A DNA stretch of 63,966 nt, filler included, from Reclinomonas americana ATCC 50394 (lineage: Eukaryota): the NCBI GenBank assembly GCA_048213135.1. It is 5 parts of 3 records of this genome, joined end to end, with 100 filler letters (N's around TTAATTAATTAA, not from the genome) between each part and the next. Parts side by side here need not be neighbours in the genome. Positions count along the whole stretch, not along the records: positions 1 to 27,758 come from PS015298.1; positions 27,859 to 44,248 come from PS015299.1; 3 more parts are not named here. One strand, 5' to 3'. A program made the translations under genes and the position numbers. Under the pieces are notes generated by a model, which was not told where the DNA came from, did not search any database, and worked only from the letters and a program-made list of their open reading frames with translations. The number at the start of each line of letters is the position of its first letter. Positions within the stretch are counted from its first letter, which is position 1. Of this stretch, positions 17,701 to 31,831 are shown piece after piece.

Positions 17701-20700
17701 TCGACCTCCACCAGCTCGCTGGCCAGCATGTCGAGTGGGTCGTCGACGATTTCCATCTCCGTGGCCACGGGAGCTGGCTTGCTCGCCACAATGACTTCCA
17801 CTTCTGGTGAGAGGAAAAGGGAGAGGGGAGGGAGAGGGAGAGGGAGAGGGAGATGAGGGAGAGGAGAGAGGAGAGGGAGAGGGAGGGANNNNNNNNNNNN
17901 NNNNNNNNNNNNNNNNNNNNNNNNNNNNNNNNNNNNNNNNNNNNNNNNNNNNNNNNNNNNNNNNNNNNNNNNNNNNNNNNNNNNNNNNNNNNNNNNNNNN
18001 NNNNNNNNNNNNNNNNNNNNNNNNNNNNNNNNNNNNNNNNNNNNNNNNNNNNNNNNNNNNNNNNNNNNNNNNNNNNNNNNNNNNNNNNNNNNNNNNNNNN
18101 NNNNNNNNNNNNNNNNNNNNNNNNNNNNNNNNNNNNNNNNNNNNNNNNNNNNNNNNNNNNNNNNNNNNNNNNNNNNNNNNNNNNNNNNNNNNNNNNNNNN
18201 NNNNNNNNNNNNNNNNNNNNNNNNNNNNNNNNNNNNNNNNNNNNNNNNNNNNNNNNNNNNNNNNNNNNNNNNNNNNNNNNNNNNNNNNNNNNNNNNNNNN
18301 NNNNNNNNNNNNNNNNNNNNNNNNNNNNNNNNNNNNNNNNNNNNNNNNNNNNNNNNNNNNNNNNNNNNNNNNNNNNNNNNNNNNNNNNNNNNNNNNNNNN
18401 NNNNNNNNNNNNNNNNNNNNNNNNNNNNNNNNNNNNNNNNNNNNNNNNNNNNNNNNNNNNNNNNNNNNNNNNNNNNNNNNNNNNNNNNNNNNNNNNNNNN
18501 NNNNNNNNNNNNNNNNNNNNNNNNNNNNNNNNNNNNNNNNNNNNNNNNNNNNNNNNNNNNNNNNNNNNNNNNNNNNNNNNNNNNNNNNNNNNNNNNNNNN
18601 NNNNNNNNNNNNNNNNNATCTCTTTCCCTCATTCGCAACTGCCAGAAGACGACTGCCGCGGCTGTGGAATCTTTGTCGTGCGGTTGGCCGACGCCACCGA
18701 AGAACTCGTCGAGTTCTTCGAAGACGCTGGACCGGGAAGACGCGACGAGGAGGCGCCGCCGGTGGTGGCCGTCGACGGCTGCTTGCGTGCTGATGAGGTG
18801 GCGGTGCCTGTGGCCTTGCCACCGGTGGCACTGGCGGCCACCTGCTTGCCGCCCTTGGAGGAGACAGAGGAGGCGGCGCTCTTCGGGGCGGGGGCGGTGT
18901 TCGAACGTGACGGTGCTCGGTCGGCGTCCTCGTCGCCAATGCTGGCGGAGGAGCGATTGCGTGCCGAGGTGGGGGCACTGTTGGGAGCTACTACAAGGCG
19001 ATGAGCTCGTGGGCCACAAGCTGCGAAAAAAATGAAGCAGAACAAACAACTCACCAGACTCGGAGGCCTTCTTGCGCGCATTGACCAGGTCGGCGACGGG
19101 CACCGGCAGACGAGACTCCGGCAGCGAGGGAATCGGCGGTACATCGGCGGCCACTGTACCCAGCACGACGGCCGACACGGGTGTGGCGGCAAGTGAGCGT
19201 CGTCGTGCCGGAGTGCTCTTCGGTCCAGGAATCCGCGAAGCTCTCACCGCTGCACCACCACTTGCCGGCGACACAGTGTCCTCTCCTTCTTCCTCCTCCT
19301 CCTCGTCGTCGTCCTCACCCACATCCATATCACTGTCAAAATCGATGTCTTCGTCGTCGTCGTCGTCATCGTCGTCCTTCTTGGCGGCAGCGGCCTTTTT
19401 GTCGGCCACTGCGCGTGCCTCTACTTCGCTTTCGTCCTCGTCGTTGTCGAGGTACGTCTTGGGCGGCCGTGCTGCCGCCTGTGGTACGGTGGAGACGGCA
19501 GACACTGTCGGTGCCGGCAGCATGGGCGATGGTGGCTTGGGCGTGTTGGAGAGCGCAGGCAAAATGCTCTCATCGACGGCGGCAGGCTCCTTTGGTGGGG
19601 CCTGAGGCGCCGGTGGCAACGGAGGCAGCACGGGTGCCACTACGGCCGCGACAGGGGCCGGTGGCAATGCCGGAAGCGCCGGTGGCGGTTGTGAGGGCAG
19701 CGCTGGTGGTGCTGCTACTACTGCTACAGGTGGTGCTGCTGGTGGTGGTGGTGAATCGTTCTCATCGGCGACCACTGCCGCTCCGCCACCTTCGCGTGCA
19801 CCAGCAGCACCAGCAGCAGCACCAGCATCGTCATCATCCTCCTCTTCGTCATCCGACGGGAAACCAATGTCACTCGACAGTGGCGACTCTTGATTGCCGG
19901 GTGTCACGGCGGCGCCGGCGTCGCTGCCCTTGAGTTTGGAGTGCTGGACGGCGACCGCCAGCAAGTCGCCGAGTCGCTCAACGCTACGTGGCGTATGCGG
20001 CGCACCGGCGTCGGCGGCGGACAGTCCGCGAGGGGTGTTTTGCGCCGACTGCGCCTGGCGCGGCGTGGTGCCACTGAGTGGTGGCAGCGCAGGCAGCGGC
20101 TCGCCCGTGGTGTCGTCGGTGGTGCGTCTCCGTGGCGACACGTGCACGACACGAGATGCGCCCGCCGACTGCGCAACAGCCTGCAGTCCGACCAGTGGGG
20201 GCACCGACACAGCGGCGGCATCGGTGGCCGGCAACAACGACGGCATCTCCGTGGGTGGACGAGGTGATTCTCCTGGTTGTTGCTGTTGGGGCGTGGGCGC
20301 GCGGACCACACGCACGGTGCGAGCGGCGGCCACCTACAGCACGGATAATGAGCGATGAAGCGAAAGGAGGAGGACCAAGTGGAAACGCAACAGAGCGACC
20401 AGGCGTCGGTGGGAGGCTGGATGGTGAGGCTGGGATGGCTGATCCCGCCGCGGCGGTGAGTTGGGTGGCGGTGTCCACGGTTGGTGCGGCGGCGGCAGAG
20501 GCAGTGGCGGCGGTGGCAGAGGCGGTCTCCTCGACCAGCTGGGTGGGTGGGAGGAGGGTGAGGGAGAGGGGAGAGGGGAGAGGGGAGAGGGAGAGGGAGA
20601 GGGAGAGGGAGAGGGAGAGGACGGAAGAGCGAGAGGCAAGATAAGCGGATGAGAGACAAGGACGAAAGCGACGGATGCAGGAGAAACACAGTGACAAACA

Positions 20701-20730
20701 GACGAACGAACAGCGACTACGAGGGTGATA

Positions 20731-20784
<54 letters not shown>

Positions 20785-21664
20785 CAGAGAAAGAGAGAGC
20801 GAGAGCGAGTGAGAGTGTGAGTGTCACAAGCTGCAGTTGCGTTGGCAAACCTGCACATCGATATGCCGAGCATCCACCGTGGCCACTGGCGCCACCACAA
20901 CCTCCGCAGCTGCAGACTCCACCGGCGGAACAACAACAGCAGAAGCAGCGGCGGCCACAGGAGCCGTATTCTGCGGCGTGCTCGATCGAACCTGCAAAAA
21001 AAGAAAACCCACATGATATGAAATCAATACGAAATCACGACTCGATTCGAATGATAATCGATACAATTGAGGATGAGGAAAACGTGAATGACAAGCAAAG
21101 GCACTAAGGTTGCATGTGAGTCACTCGCAAAGTGAATCATGAATATGAAATGGGAGGCAAACAGACAACACTCATGTGTGCATGACACACACTGCAATGC
21201 TCTCTCTCTCTCACAATGTGCACGCATGCGTGTGAGAGTGTGAGAGTGAGAGAGTGTGTGAGAGAAGAAGCAGCACGCGAATTTGCACTTCACACAACTC
21301 CACTCATTCTCACAACATGCACTCTCTCACACACTTGCACGCGCGCGCTCTCTCTCTCTCTCTCTCTCTCAGTTGTCTTTCACACAGAGATAGCGCGTGT
21401 GACACGAACAAAGTTGTGCGTCATGTCGACCATTCTCCTCACCTGTCGCACGACTGTTGCAGCAGCTGCGGTTCCTGTCTTTGCACCTGTACCTGCTGGT
21501 GATGCAGCAGTCGCTGCCGCTGCTGTGGCTGCAGCAGTGGCGGAGGCTGCATCAGTCTTGTTTGTCTCGCCGATTTCTGTCGACGTTGTCTGTGTGGCAG
21601 GTGGAGGTGGGGGCGACTTGGTGCCTACGCCTTGGCCCTTGTCTTTTGATTGACAGCAGCCCAT
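14774..21664 (-). CDS. Large Pro/Ser/Ala-rich disordered protein with N-terminal MGCC acylation motif; segment 15406-16068 probably assembled inverted
   Basis: ATG at 21664 (MGCCQSKDK...). Long open exons at ~19055-20333, ~17350-17805 and ~16090-17270; last exon IGSQGSAG...PLRLK* ends at 14774. No globular domain seen. Confidence 0.7.
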
Positions 21665-22052
21665 TCCTCGCTCTCAATCTGTCTCTGTCTCTCTCACGCG
21701 CGCGATACGTATGACTGACGAAGAGGACAACTCGGCAGGACCAATGCAATGCATTGATTTCTTCACGCTTGCAGAGCCAACGCAACGATCCCATGGCTGC
21801 GGTGGCTTGTGTAGTGCAACATGCCCGTTTTTCCATTGTCTCGCTCTTTCGCATGCGTTTTCGCAGAGGATAGCGCCGCAGGACAACTCATTTCATCACG
21901 AGCATGCTTGATTGTGTTGCTGTGAGGCGAGTGGGAACCAGGTTCCCTTCCCTGAGAGGCATGCACAGACATGTAGTACGTTGGTGCACGTCGGATCACA
22001 ACACACACACAAAACCCCGCCAAATAAGTTGTCCTCCCAACCTCGTCACTTT

Positions 22053-22927
22053 ATGTTTTTGCGCGCACACACTCATCGCCGCCTGCTCTCCTCTGCGGCA
22101 AGCACTGAGCTTGGTCAGTGCCACCTCCCCTCTCACTCTCTCTCTTATTCTCGTTGGCGACTCACACTCTCTGACACACACAGACGCGCTCTTTGCCAAG
22201 TTCACTGAGCGACTGCGCAGACCGCCCACCCCGTCGACGTTCGAGTACAACGAGATCATCAGTCGGTTGGCACGTGAAGGGCGACTGCAACAGGTACTCA
22301 TTCATATACTCATTGCAATCAACTTGTCTCTCACATACACTCACTCACTCACTCACTTACTCTCTCTCTCTCTCTCACTCACTCACTCACTCACTCTCTC
22401 ACTCGCTCACTCACTCACTCACTCACTCACTCACTCACTCACTCACTCGCTCACTCATTCACTCATTCACTCACTCACTCACTCACTCACTCACTCCCTC
22501 CCTCCTTCCTCACTCACTCACTCACTCACTCACTCCCCACTCACTCCCCCACTCACTCCCCACTCACTCCCCCACTCACTCCCCCACTCACTCCCTCGCT
22601 CACTCCCTCACTCCCTCACTCACTCTCCCCTCCCTCCCTCCTTCTTTGCAGCCCTTCCGCCTATACAGTGACATGCGAAAGCGCAACCGTGCGCCCTCCT
22701 CTCACACCTTTACCAGTCTCCTCAACGCATGTGCGACTGCTGCGGCCTCGTCGGAGGATCGCACAGTGACGCGAGCGGAACGGGCACTGCGATTGGTGCG
22801 CGAGGACATGCCGAGATGGGAGGTCGAGCCGCAGGTGGTGCACTACAATGCGCTACTCAAGGCCTGTGTACGCAATGGAGCGATGCCAGAGGTCAGGGAC
22901 TGCTTGCTTTTCGTGATATACGTCCGC

Positions 22928-22980
<53 letters not shown>

Positions 22981-23889
22981 CTTCTTCTTCTTCTTTTCTT
23001 CTTCTTCTTCTTCATCTTGTTCTTGTTCTTGTTCTTGTTCTTGTTCTTCTTCCTCTGCTTCTTCTTCTTCTTGTTTCTTCTTCTTGTTCTTCTTCTTCTT
23101 CGTCTTCTTTGTCTTCTTCTTCTTCTTCGTCTCCTCTTCTTTCTTCTTCTTCTCCTCCTCCTCCTCCCCCCTCCTCCCCCTCCAACTCCTCCTGCTCCAT
23201 CGCTTGATCGCAAACTTACGCAACTTGCGCAGGCACGAGAAGTGTGGAAAGAGGTGTGCGAGAAGACGCGACCGGATGTGCAGTCGTTCGCAGCTGCGTT
23301 GCCGCTGTGGGACCTCGATCCACTGGTGAGCCTCGTGCCCTTTCCTTCCCCTTCTGTTTTCCCTCGCATCATCCCTCCTTCCCTTTGTGTTGTTTTGCAG
23401 TCACTACCCAAGTCACTGGCGACGCTTGGCGTGCGTCCCGACACGCGTCTCATGAACTCGGCCCTGTCGCGTGTGTCGTACGGCGCTCGCTTCGAGTATG
23501 CGCTTCTCTGCGATCTGTACAGTGGTTTGCGGCAGGCTGGCGCGCTGCCCAACGACTACACGTACCAGGTGCTGGTCAACAATCTCGGCACGCTGAAGGA
23601 GCGACGGCAGCGACTGGCGGCCAAGGGCACACAGTCGCCACCGCGCTTGATTGACGACTCGGCGATTGCGGCGCGCTTCAAGGTGCTACGGCGCACGGTT
23701 CGCGAGGCCGATCAAATGAGCGACGAGACGCTGTGCAGACATCTGGAGACGACGCAGTGGTACACGGACCCGAAAACGCGTTCCGTCATCCGACAGGTTC
23801 TCGACGGCACGTGGTCGGCGCCACCACGTGTGCCACCCAAGTTCGCACCCAAACCCCCTGCTGCGGTCGCTGGTGAAACTAGAAAATAG
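22053..23889 (+). CDS. Pentatricopeptide repeat (PPR) protein, probably mitochondrial
   Basis: PPR motifs FEYNEIISRLAREGRLQQ, HTFTSLLNACA, VHYNALLKACVRNG...AREVWKEV, GVRPD, GALPNDYTYQVLV. Arg/Ser-rich N-terminus MFLRAHTHRRLLSS; TAG at 23887-23889. Confidence 0.88.
22337..23200 (+). repeat. Intronic microsatellites (TCAC)n at ~22337-22630 and (TTG)n/(TTC)n at ~22928-23165
   Basis: Directly visible inside two PPR-gene introns. Confidence 0.9.
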
Positions 23890-23948
23890 AGATGGAGTGC
23901 CCAGTGCCACACATATTTTTTTGTTGTCGTTTTATCATTGCGATTAAC

Positions 23949-26700
23949 CTATAGCACGGCCGAGTATACTCTCTGTGCCGGCTCCGACGCGGCCTCGTCT
24001 AGCGGTGAGCCAATGTGGATCGGGGTGCACCATTGCACCACATTCGGCACCTCCAGTGGCTCCATTTCGGGGCACCAAGTTCGCTGCACCTCGTCGGCAC
24101 GCGACAGCTTGCACGACCAGAACTCGAGACGGATTTGCCATGAAATCGTTACTGCTCGGATGGCAAACACGGTGGTGAGAAGGAGGGAACATGGCAACCA
24201 ATGGAGGGTTGCTGCGCGCACCTGCACTGGACGAAAACATGCGTGGCGACGCCATGGGAATCGACAGATCCAGATGTGTTTCGCGCATGTGCAGCGTGTG
24301 CGTCGCCGCCTCGGAGACGATCTGCTGCGAGGTGAAATCCTCGGGGCCCACATCGTTGTAGGGCTGCGGATGCACCGTCTCCAGCAGCTCGAGAAACGCC
24401 GACACCTGCGCAGGAGGGTGAATTACCGCGCGACAACACAACACGTCGTCGTGGGGAGGATACCTGAAAGCACGGAATGGTGGCACCATCGAAACTCAGC
24501 GTAATGTGAATGACATTGCCCTCCACAAATGCGTCGTCGTGGAAACTGACGGTGGTGATCAGCTGGCCTTGATCGGTGACACGGAGCACCTCTGCGCGGG
24601 GTTGGCAAAGGGGTTCAGGGGACAAGGAGGAGAGGGAAATGGAGAGGAAAAGAACGACATGAAGGAAAACGAGTACGAGGAAGATGAGGGAGAGAAGGAG
24701 TGGAAGAAAGACGTGAAAGTCGAAAGGAAGAGAGGACAAGAAGGAAAGAGGAGGAGGAAGAACATAAACAAGGAGAAGAAATGGAAGAGAAGGGAAAGGA
24801 GGTGGACGACAGAAAACGAAAGGAGAAAAGGAGACGAAAGAGGAGGAGGAAACACCGACAACAGAAAGAAATCAGGAACACAAAGAGGAGGAAGGAGAAC
24901 AAGGAAGCGGTGGAGGACATAACACGGACAAGGAGAAGAGACAGAAGGGAAGGAAGCACGAGGTCGAAGATGAAGAAGGAAAGGAGAAAGGAACAGAGGA
25001 GAAGAGGGCAGAGAGGAGAAGGAGGAAGAGGAGGAGGAAGAACGAGTAGAAGGAGTGGAGATATAGGAGACGAAACAAGAGGAGGAGGAAACAACAACAA
25101 GAACACGAAGACGAGGAAGGAGAACAAGAAGCGGTGGTTGGACAACACGGACAAGGAGAAGAAACGGAAGGCAAGGAAGCACGAGGTGAAAGATGAAGAA
25201 GGAAAGAAGAAAGGAACAGAGGAGAAGGAGGCGACAGGAGGAGGAAGAACCAACGACAATACAAAGTAACCACTAATGTGAATTGTTCGCGATTTTTTCT
25301 CTTCTCCTTTCATCCTATTCCTCTCACGCCAACGCAACTCCGCCTTCTCTCCAGCGACTCGCGCAACTCGATCTGCGTGCCCATGGCGTACCGCATCACC
25401 GGTCGCAGAGCACTCGGCGTGCTGTCGCTCGCCATTGACTCCCCTGCTCCAAACTGTGAGAAGCGATTCGACGAATGGAGAAGACGCACACTTGCACACA
25501 AACCAACAGCATTGAGAGCACAGTGGCGCATCTGGAAGAGCAGCGGGCAGTCGACGTGCATCACGGGGAACTCGATGCGTTGGGCGCCAGCAAAGGCGTT
25601 GTCAATGTGAATCGGCATCGAGAAGATGACGGGATCGACACACATGGGCATCAGTAGGCCGATATGGAGGCGGTACGAGATGCTGACGACGGTGCCGCGG
25701 TAGGAGGGCGGTAGAAAGGCTGGAAGGAGGATTTCGCACCAGACTGTGCGCCACAAACAGCGTGAGCACACAAGAGGAATTCGAGCAAGTGTCCTTCCTG
25801 CCCCCTCCCACACTCACACGACGTCTCCTCGCTCAGCTCGACCCGCTCGGCCAACAGGTGCGTCTTGGAACAGAAAATGGGTAGTCGACTGGTCGTGCTG
25901 TCGGTGACCGGCGACGCCATCTCCGTGTTGAGTGAGCGATGCCAGGTGCGTCCGCTAGCCGCGCTGCTGCGACGCCACTCGTCCCAACTCTCGCCCAGGG
26001 CCGACACCGCGTCCAGAAAGAACGGCATCGGTTCACCGCCGGCAGCCGAGGCGGCGGCCGAATCGGTGGGCCACACCCACTGAAACCACTTGGAATCGTA
26101 GACCAGCACGCCGTCCATTTGCGCCAACAGATCAAACATCACATTGTCGAGACCCGTCATGCGCATCGACACGGCGGTGCGCCGATCGAGCGGAGCGCCA
26201 CCCGCCACACCATCGCCGTCAATCCAGCCCTCGTCTTCGCCTTCATCGGAGGACGGGCCACCGTCCTCTTGACTGTCGCTCGAGTCGTCGGTGGTGTAGC
26301 CGGCGTCATCCACCGACGACAGATCCTCCTCCTCTTCCGAACCAGCAGGACCGCCAATACCACCACCACCACCACCACCACCTCCGCCACTGCCACCGAA
26401 GCCAGATAATGCCGGCGGCGTTGAGCCGTCGCCATCGGTGCCACCACCAAACATGTGATCGCCACCGGCGCCGGCCTCGGGCGACGAGGAGAACCAATTG
26501 AGAGGATTCAGCATTGCCAGGAGGCCAGCACCACCACCACCACTGCTGCCGCTGTCGGCGCTGGAGCTTCCGGCTCCTGCATGCGCACCGGTGCCGGCAG
26601 TGGAGGTGCCGGCGCTGACGCCGGCGCGTGCTCCGTGTCGGCGGGAGCGGCGAGTGCGGGCGGACTGCGCGGGGTGGAAGGAAGCGGGGGAGAGAGGTTG
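23949..26700 (-). CDS. RGP1: RGP1-like (arrestin-fold, Ric1-Rgp1 RAB6 GEF subunit) protein; 5' end uncertain, possible further exon at ~27390-27640
   Basis: PIFCSKTHLLAERVEL, EILLPAFLPPSYRGTVVSISYRLHIG, FVEGNVIHITLSFDGATIPCFQVSAFLELLE and LDLSIPMASPRMFSS match my recollection of the Rgp1 motif order. No search was run. Confidence 0.65.
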
Positions 26701-27802
26701 AGAAGACACAACACAGAGGAAAGGGCGGAAGGAGAGAAGAGAAGCAACAGGAACAAGGATACAACAAAGGGAATCAACTCGTGGTCAACGCAACGCAGTA
26801 ACAGAAGAAGGACAAGGAGAGAGAGGATGCCATACACAGACAACAAGCCACGACAGTGATAATAGCGATACAGACATGGAACTGAGCAACAACACACAAA
26901 CAAAGACTCGATCCCGCGGAACTACTCCCTGGTCAACGCAAGTGAGGCAAACACGACAAGAGTCGAGGCAATACAAGCACACAGTATGCTTGACCAACAC
27001 AAAAGGCAGCAGAGCGAGCGACACAGTTGAAGTGAGGCGAAATGAAAACAGAGAGCCGACGGGCAGTGACACAAGCGACCAAAGACAAGGAGAGGAGACA
27101 AAATATAACATGGATAACAAGCCACAACAGTTGACAACAGTTGACATGGAGGCCTGAGTAACCATACAATAACAGATGTGGCTGCTCATGAACAACGCAA
27201 CGCAGCAACAGGAAGGAAACGAAGCGAAACAAGACAAGGAGAGAGTAGACGAAAACACAATTGCAGACATCACAAACGCATTCTCTTGGTCAACACAGCT
27301 GCAGCGAAGCAAAACCAGACAACGAGAGAGGAGATGATCACAAACTCGCCACCAGGAAACAACTCTTGATCAACTCAAACACAGACAGGTTTGCAACATC
27401 CCGGGCCTTCCCGCTCCCACTCACCCTTCTCTCGCCCACCATCGACGCCGACACCACTCGATCTCTCCTCCCGGGCGCCCCACTCGCACTGTGCGACCGA
27501 GTCACCGCCGCAGATGCACTCCCACTCGATCCCGAAGCAGCAACACCACCACCAGCAGCAGGCGATCTGACTGGCAACGGGGGCGGCAGAACGCTCTCCG
27601 CCGGCAGCTTAGTCTTCAGTGGCAAGCGCAGAGCCGAGGCGCTGTGTGTGCGTGGAAGCCGTCGCGAGGTCGACGAGATGCGCAGGGAGCCAACTGCTGA
27701 AAGGCAATGGGCGATCGTCAAGGATCAAATCCGTTGTTTTTTTAAGTCATCAGTGTGTNNNNNNNNNNNNNNNNNNNNNNNNNNNNNNNNNNNNNNNNNN
27801 NN

Positions 27803-27814
27803 TTAATTAATTAA
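27803..27814. other. Artificial six-frame stop linker TTAATTAATTAA in an N-run (also at 44293-44304, 52466-52477, 59523-59534)
   Basis: Identical palindromic 12-mer flanked by equal N-runs at four sites; a standard contig-concatenation spacer. Confidence 0.97.
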
Positions 27815-27876
27815 NNNNNNNNNNNNNNNNNNNNNNNNNNNNNNNNNNNNNNNNNNNNGCAGGGAGAGAGAGAGAG

Positions 27877-27923
<47 letters not shown>

Positions 27924-28012
27924 GGAGAGAGTAGTGGTGTGAGCGAATGAGCACCAACATGGACCTTTTTCTTGTTCGCGACAAGACGCAACAATGAGGC
28001 TGTGCTTGCTCA

Positions 28013-30064
28013 CACGGTTGACGGTAATGGAGGCCGTGCAGTGACCGAGGCCACGGCAATCGAGCTCCACCTCCATGCCCTTCAGCGTGTTCTTCATGCC
28101 CTCCACTGCAACCACGGCAGCCGCAATCACAAATGTCACGTCGGTGCCGTCGTCGGCAAGAATGCGATTCTTTGTCAAGTACATGAAATTGTCCTCGCCG
28201 AGATCGCGGCGCAGACGGCGATGCACTGTAGATTGACAAAGCGGGAGTGTGACAATGAGAAGGCAGGCAGAAGAAGAAGGGAGAGCTCGACGAACCCTGG
28301 TTTTCGGGATTGTGCGACGTGAGGCAGCCGACAATGGCGCCACATGCAGTGCGCGGCACGCGGAAGGCTGACTCCTGCGTGATGCCGTAGTGTACCAGGC
28401 CGCCAACATCGTCACGACCGCCTGCGGAGTGCAATGGTGAGTGGTGAGACAAGAGGCCCCTCTTGTTGCGCTCGTCGCGATGTACATTCTCTCGCTTGTG
28501 CGCTCGGTGCGACGCAAACTCTCTGTACTGACGTGCTCGTTGCGATGCACACTCTGCTTAACTCGCTGCATAATTATCTCCATAGTCGCTGAGCTAGGCG
28601 CGTGGCACGCGCTCTGTCGCTACATGGCTCGGTGTGACGCAAGCTGCGATGCACATTCACTCGCGCGGATGCGTACTCTCTCTTGTTGGCGGGCTCGGTG
28701 CGATGTGCCTGCGCTCTTTTCCACTCGACCCTCTCCCTCTCCCTCTCTCCTTCTCTCCCCCTCGCACGCAACAGTGAGTTGCCAGGTCAATGCCCACCAG
28801 CACATACGACTGCGCGTTGCCGTTGTAGATTTTGTGCTTCAGCACATCGTCGAGCATGTGAGCGACAGTGACGTGAGCCAGGGCTGTTCAGATGCGCAGT
28901 TAAGAACTGGGCTCACAAGGAAGGAATACAGTAAATCACAACGCAACTGCGTCCATCCTCAGTTCCACCACCAGTGGGCTTGAACGACTCGGCCTTCAGA
29001 CGACCTGCACCGCTAGGTGTGAGCAACAAGCTTCGTCCTCTCTCTCTCTCNNNNNNNNNNNNNNNNNNNNNNNNNNNNNNNNNNNNNNNNNNNNNNNNNN
29101 NNNNNNNNNNNNNNNNNNNNNNNNNNNNNNNNNNNNNNNNNNNNNNNNNNNNNNNNNNNNNNNNNNNNNNNNNNNNNNNNNNNNNNNNNNNNNNNNNNNN
29201 NNNNNNNNNNNNNNNNNNNNNNNNNNNNNNNNNNNNNNNNNNNNNNNNNNNNNNNNNNNNNNNNNNNNNNNNNNNNNNNNNNNNNNNNNNNNNNNNNNNN
29301 NNNNNNNNNNNNNNNNNNNNNNNNNNNNNNNNNNNNNNNNNNNNNNNNNNNNNNNNNNNNNNNNNNNNNNNNNNNNNNNNNNNNNNNNNNNNNNNNNNNN
29401 NNNNNNNNNNNNNNNNNNNNNNNNNNNNNNNNNNNNNNNNNNNNNNNNNNNNNNNNNNNNNNNNNNNNNNNNNNNNNNNNNNNNNNNNNNNNNNNNNNNN
29501 NNNNNNNNNNNNNNNNNNNNNNNNNNNNNNNNNNNNNNNNNNNNNNNNNNNNNNNNNNNNNNNNNNNNNNNNNNNNNNNNNNNNNNNNNNNNNNNNNNNN
29601 NNNNNNNNNNNNNNNNNNNNNNNNNNNNNNNNNNNNNNNNNNNNNNNNNNNNNNNNNNNNNNNNNNNNNNNNNNNNNNNNNNNNNNNNNNNNNNNNNNNN
29701 NNNNNNNNNNNNNNNNNNNNNNNNNNNNNNNNNNNNNNNNNNNNNNNNNNNNNNNNNNNNNNNNNNNNNNNNNNNNNNNNNNNNNNNNNNNNNNNNNNNN
29801 NNNNNNNNNNNNNNNNNNNNNNNNNNNNNNNNNNNNNNNNNNNNNNNNNNNNNNNNNNNNNNNNNNNNNNNNNNNNNNNNNNNNNNNNNNNNNNNNNNNN
29901 NNNNNNNNNNNNNNNNNNNNNNNNNNNNNNNNNNNNNNNNNNNNNNNNNNNNNNNNNNNNNNNNNNNNCGTACCACCGACGGTACGGTCGTACGACGTAC
30001 GTACCGTACCGTACGACCGACCGACGTCGTACGACCGTACGTACGTGTAGTACGACACACGTAC

Positions 30065-30117
<53 letters not shown>

Positions 30118-31780
30118 ACTTCCTCTCCCTCGTTCGCCCTCTCTCTAGCTTTCCCTCCCGGTCTCCCTCTCTCACTCTCTCTCCGCGTTCTCCCCCATCT
30201 CTCTCTCTCTCCCGCCCCTCTCCCTCTCACTCACCCGTCTCGGTCCACGAGGAGAAGCGCAGCGCCACCATGTCCACATACAGACCCATGGCATCGCCCT
30301 GCTGAATACGATCACCGCAGTTGGTGTACGCCACGGTGGTGGCCACCGACGGCAGCGACAGGTCGGCACCGCATTCGCCGACATCGCGGAACACTTCGCA
30401 GCCCTCGCGGTTCTCCTGGTGACCAGCAAACTGCAGCTCGTCACGCAGCACCTGTGCGCACGCCCCACGAGTCAGCGTGGGAGAGGGTGATGCGGAGCGA
30501 CTGGCGTTGCGTACCTGCGCACCACGCACGAGAGCGTACCGATCCGAAATCAACTCCGACAGGTAGATCTTCACCGTGTTCGTCTGGAAGTTGGCCAAAG
30601 AGAGGAGCGGTGAGCGAAAGCAAAGTTGGGCGCGTGATCTGGGACCAGCAGACGTACCTCGACGCCGAATTCGGAGTGCAGCGAGAGCACCTTGCTGAGG
30701 TTCTGCGACGCGGAAACGAATTGCGGTCAGGAACAGCAAAGGTCGGCAAGGCAAAACCACAGTGCGATCTCTGCCTTCTCTCAAGTCGCAAAGCACACCC
30801 AAGTTGCACTGCTCTCACATAGAAGTGCACACGCTCCCCCAAGTGGCAGTGCACACGCTCCCCTCACGTCACAGTGCACACGCTCCCCTCACGTCGCAGT
30901 GCACACGCTCCCCCTCACGTCGCAGTGCACACGCTCCCCCTCACGTCGCAGTGCACACGCTCCCCCTCACGTCGCAGTGCACACGCTCCCCCTCACGTCG
31001 CAGTGCACACGCTCCCCCAAGTCGCAGTGCACATGCTTCCCCAAATCGCAGTGCACACGCCCCCCCACGTCGCAGTGCACACGATCTCTCAAATTACAGT
31101 ACATGCTCTCTGCCACTGTTCTAGTTGTCAACTCGCAGTGCACGCTCACACAAGTCACTCAGCACGTTCACAAGTCACAGAGAGCGTTCCACGCCACTGT
31201 ATCTGTTGTCTTGCCGCACTACAACTCCCTCAAGTCCGAGAGTGTCCTTTCTGACCACTGTTTCTTTTGTCTACTCCCAGTACAACTCCTCAAGCGCCGA
31301 GCACGCTCACAGATCGCACTAAGGGCTCTCTCAAGTTGCTGCGCACGTTCCCAAGTCACAGAGAGGGTTCAATGCTACTGCGTCTGCTGCATAGTCACGC
31401 TCCAACTCCCCAAAGTCGAAGACACTTCTTGCTGGCCACTGTTTTCTGTTGTCTCCCAGTGCAACTCCTCCAACACACACACACACACACTACATACCCC
31501 AAGTCGCAATACACGCTCTCTCAAGTCGCTGAGCACGTTCACTGATCGCACCAATGGCTCTCTCGCAACCGCAATGTCTGCTAGCTGGTCGCGGTGCAAC
31601 ACCCTCAGGTCGCAGAGTATGCTTTCTGACTGTTTAGTTGTCTACTCGCAGTGCAATTCCTCACCTCGCAGTGCAGTTCTCCCTTCGTCCCCTTGTGCTC
31701 TCTCTCTCTCTCTCCCTCCCTCCACATCTCCTCTCTCTGTCTCTCTCTCCCATCTCTCTCCTCCTCCTCTCCCTCTCCTC

Positions 31781-31831
<51 letters not shown>

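Noticed and set aside
14850..20333. Single 1827-aa ORF and other long ORFs spanning N-runs or (GA)n/(CT)n tracts
   Set aside because: They read through gaps, introns and an inverted contig; not real single-exon proteins.
27803..27814. Palindromic TTAATTAATTAA as a biological site (for example a piggyBac target)
   Set aside because: Always centred in N-runs; a standard assembly linker.
29969..30065. CGTAC/TACG-rich quasi-palindromic tracts at gap edges (also ~5085-5250 and 62927-62968)
   Set aside because: Found only next to gaps and microsatellites; resembles low-quality pyrosequencing read ends (TACG flow order).
30824..31083. 26-nt repeats resembling a CRISPR array
   Set aside because: Head-to-tail copies with no unique spacers, intronic location, and no cas genes.
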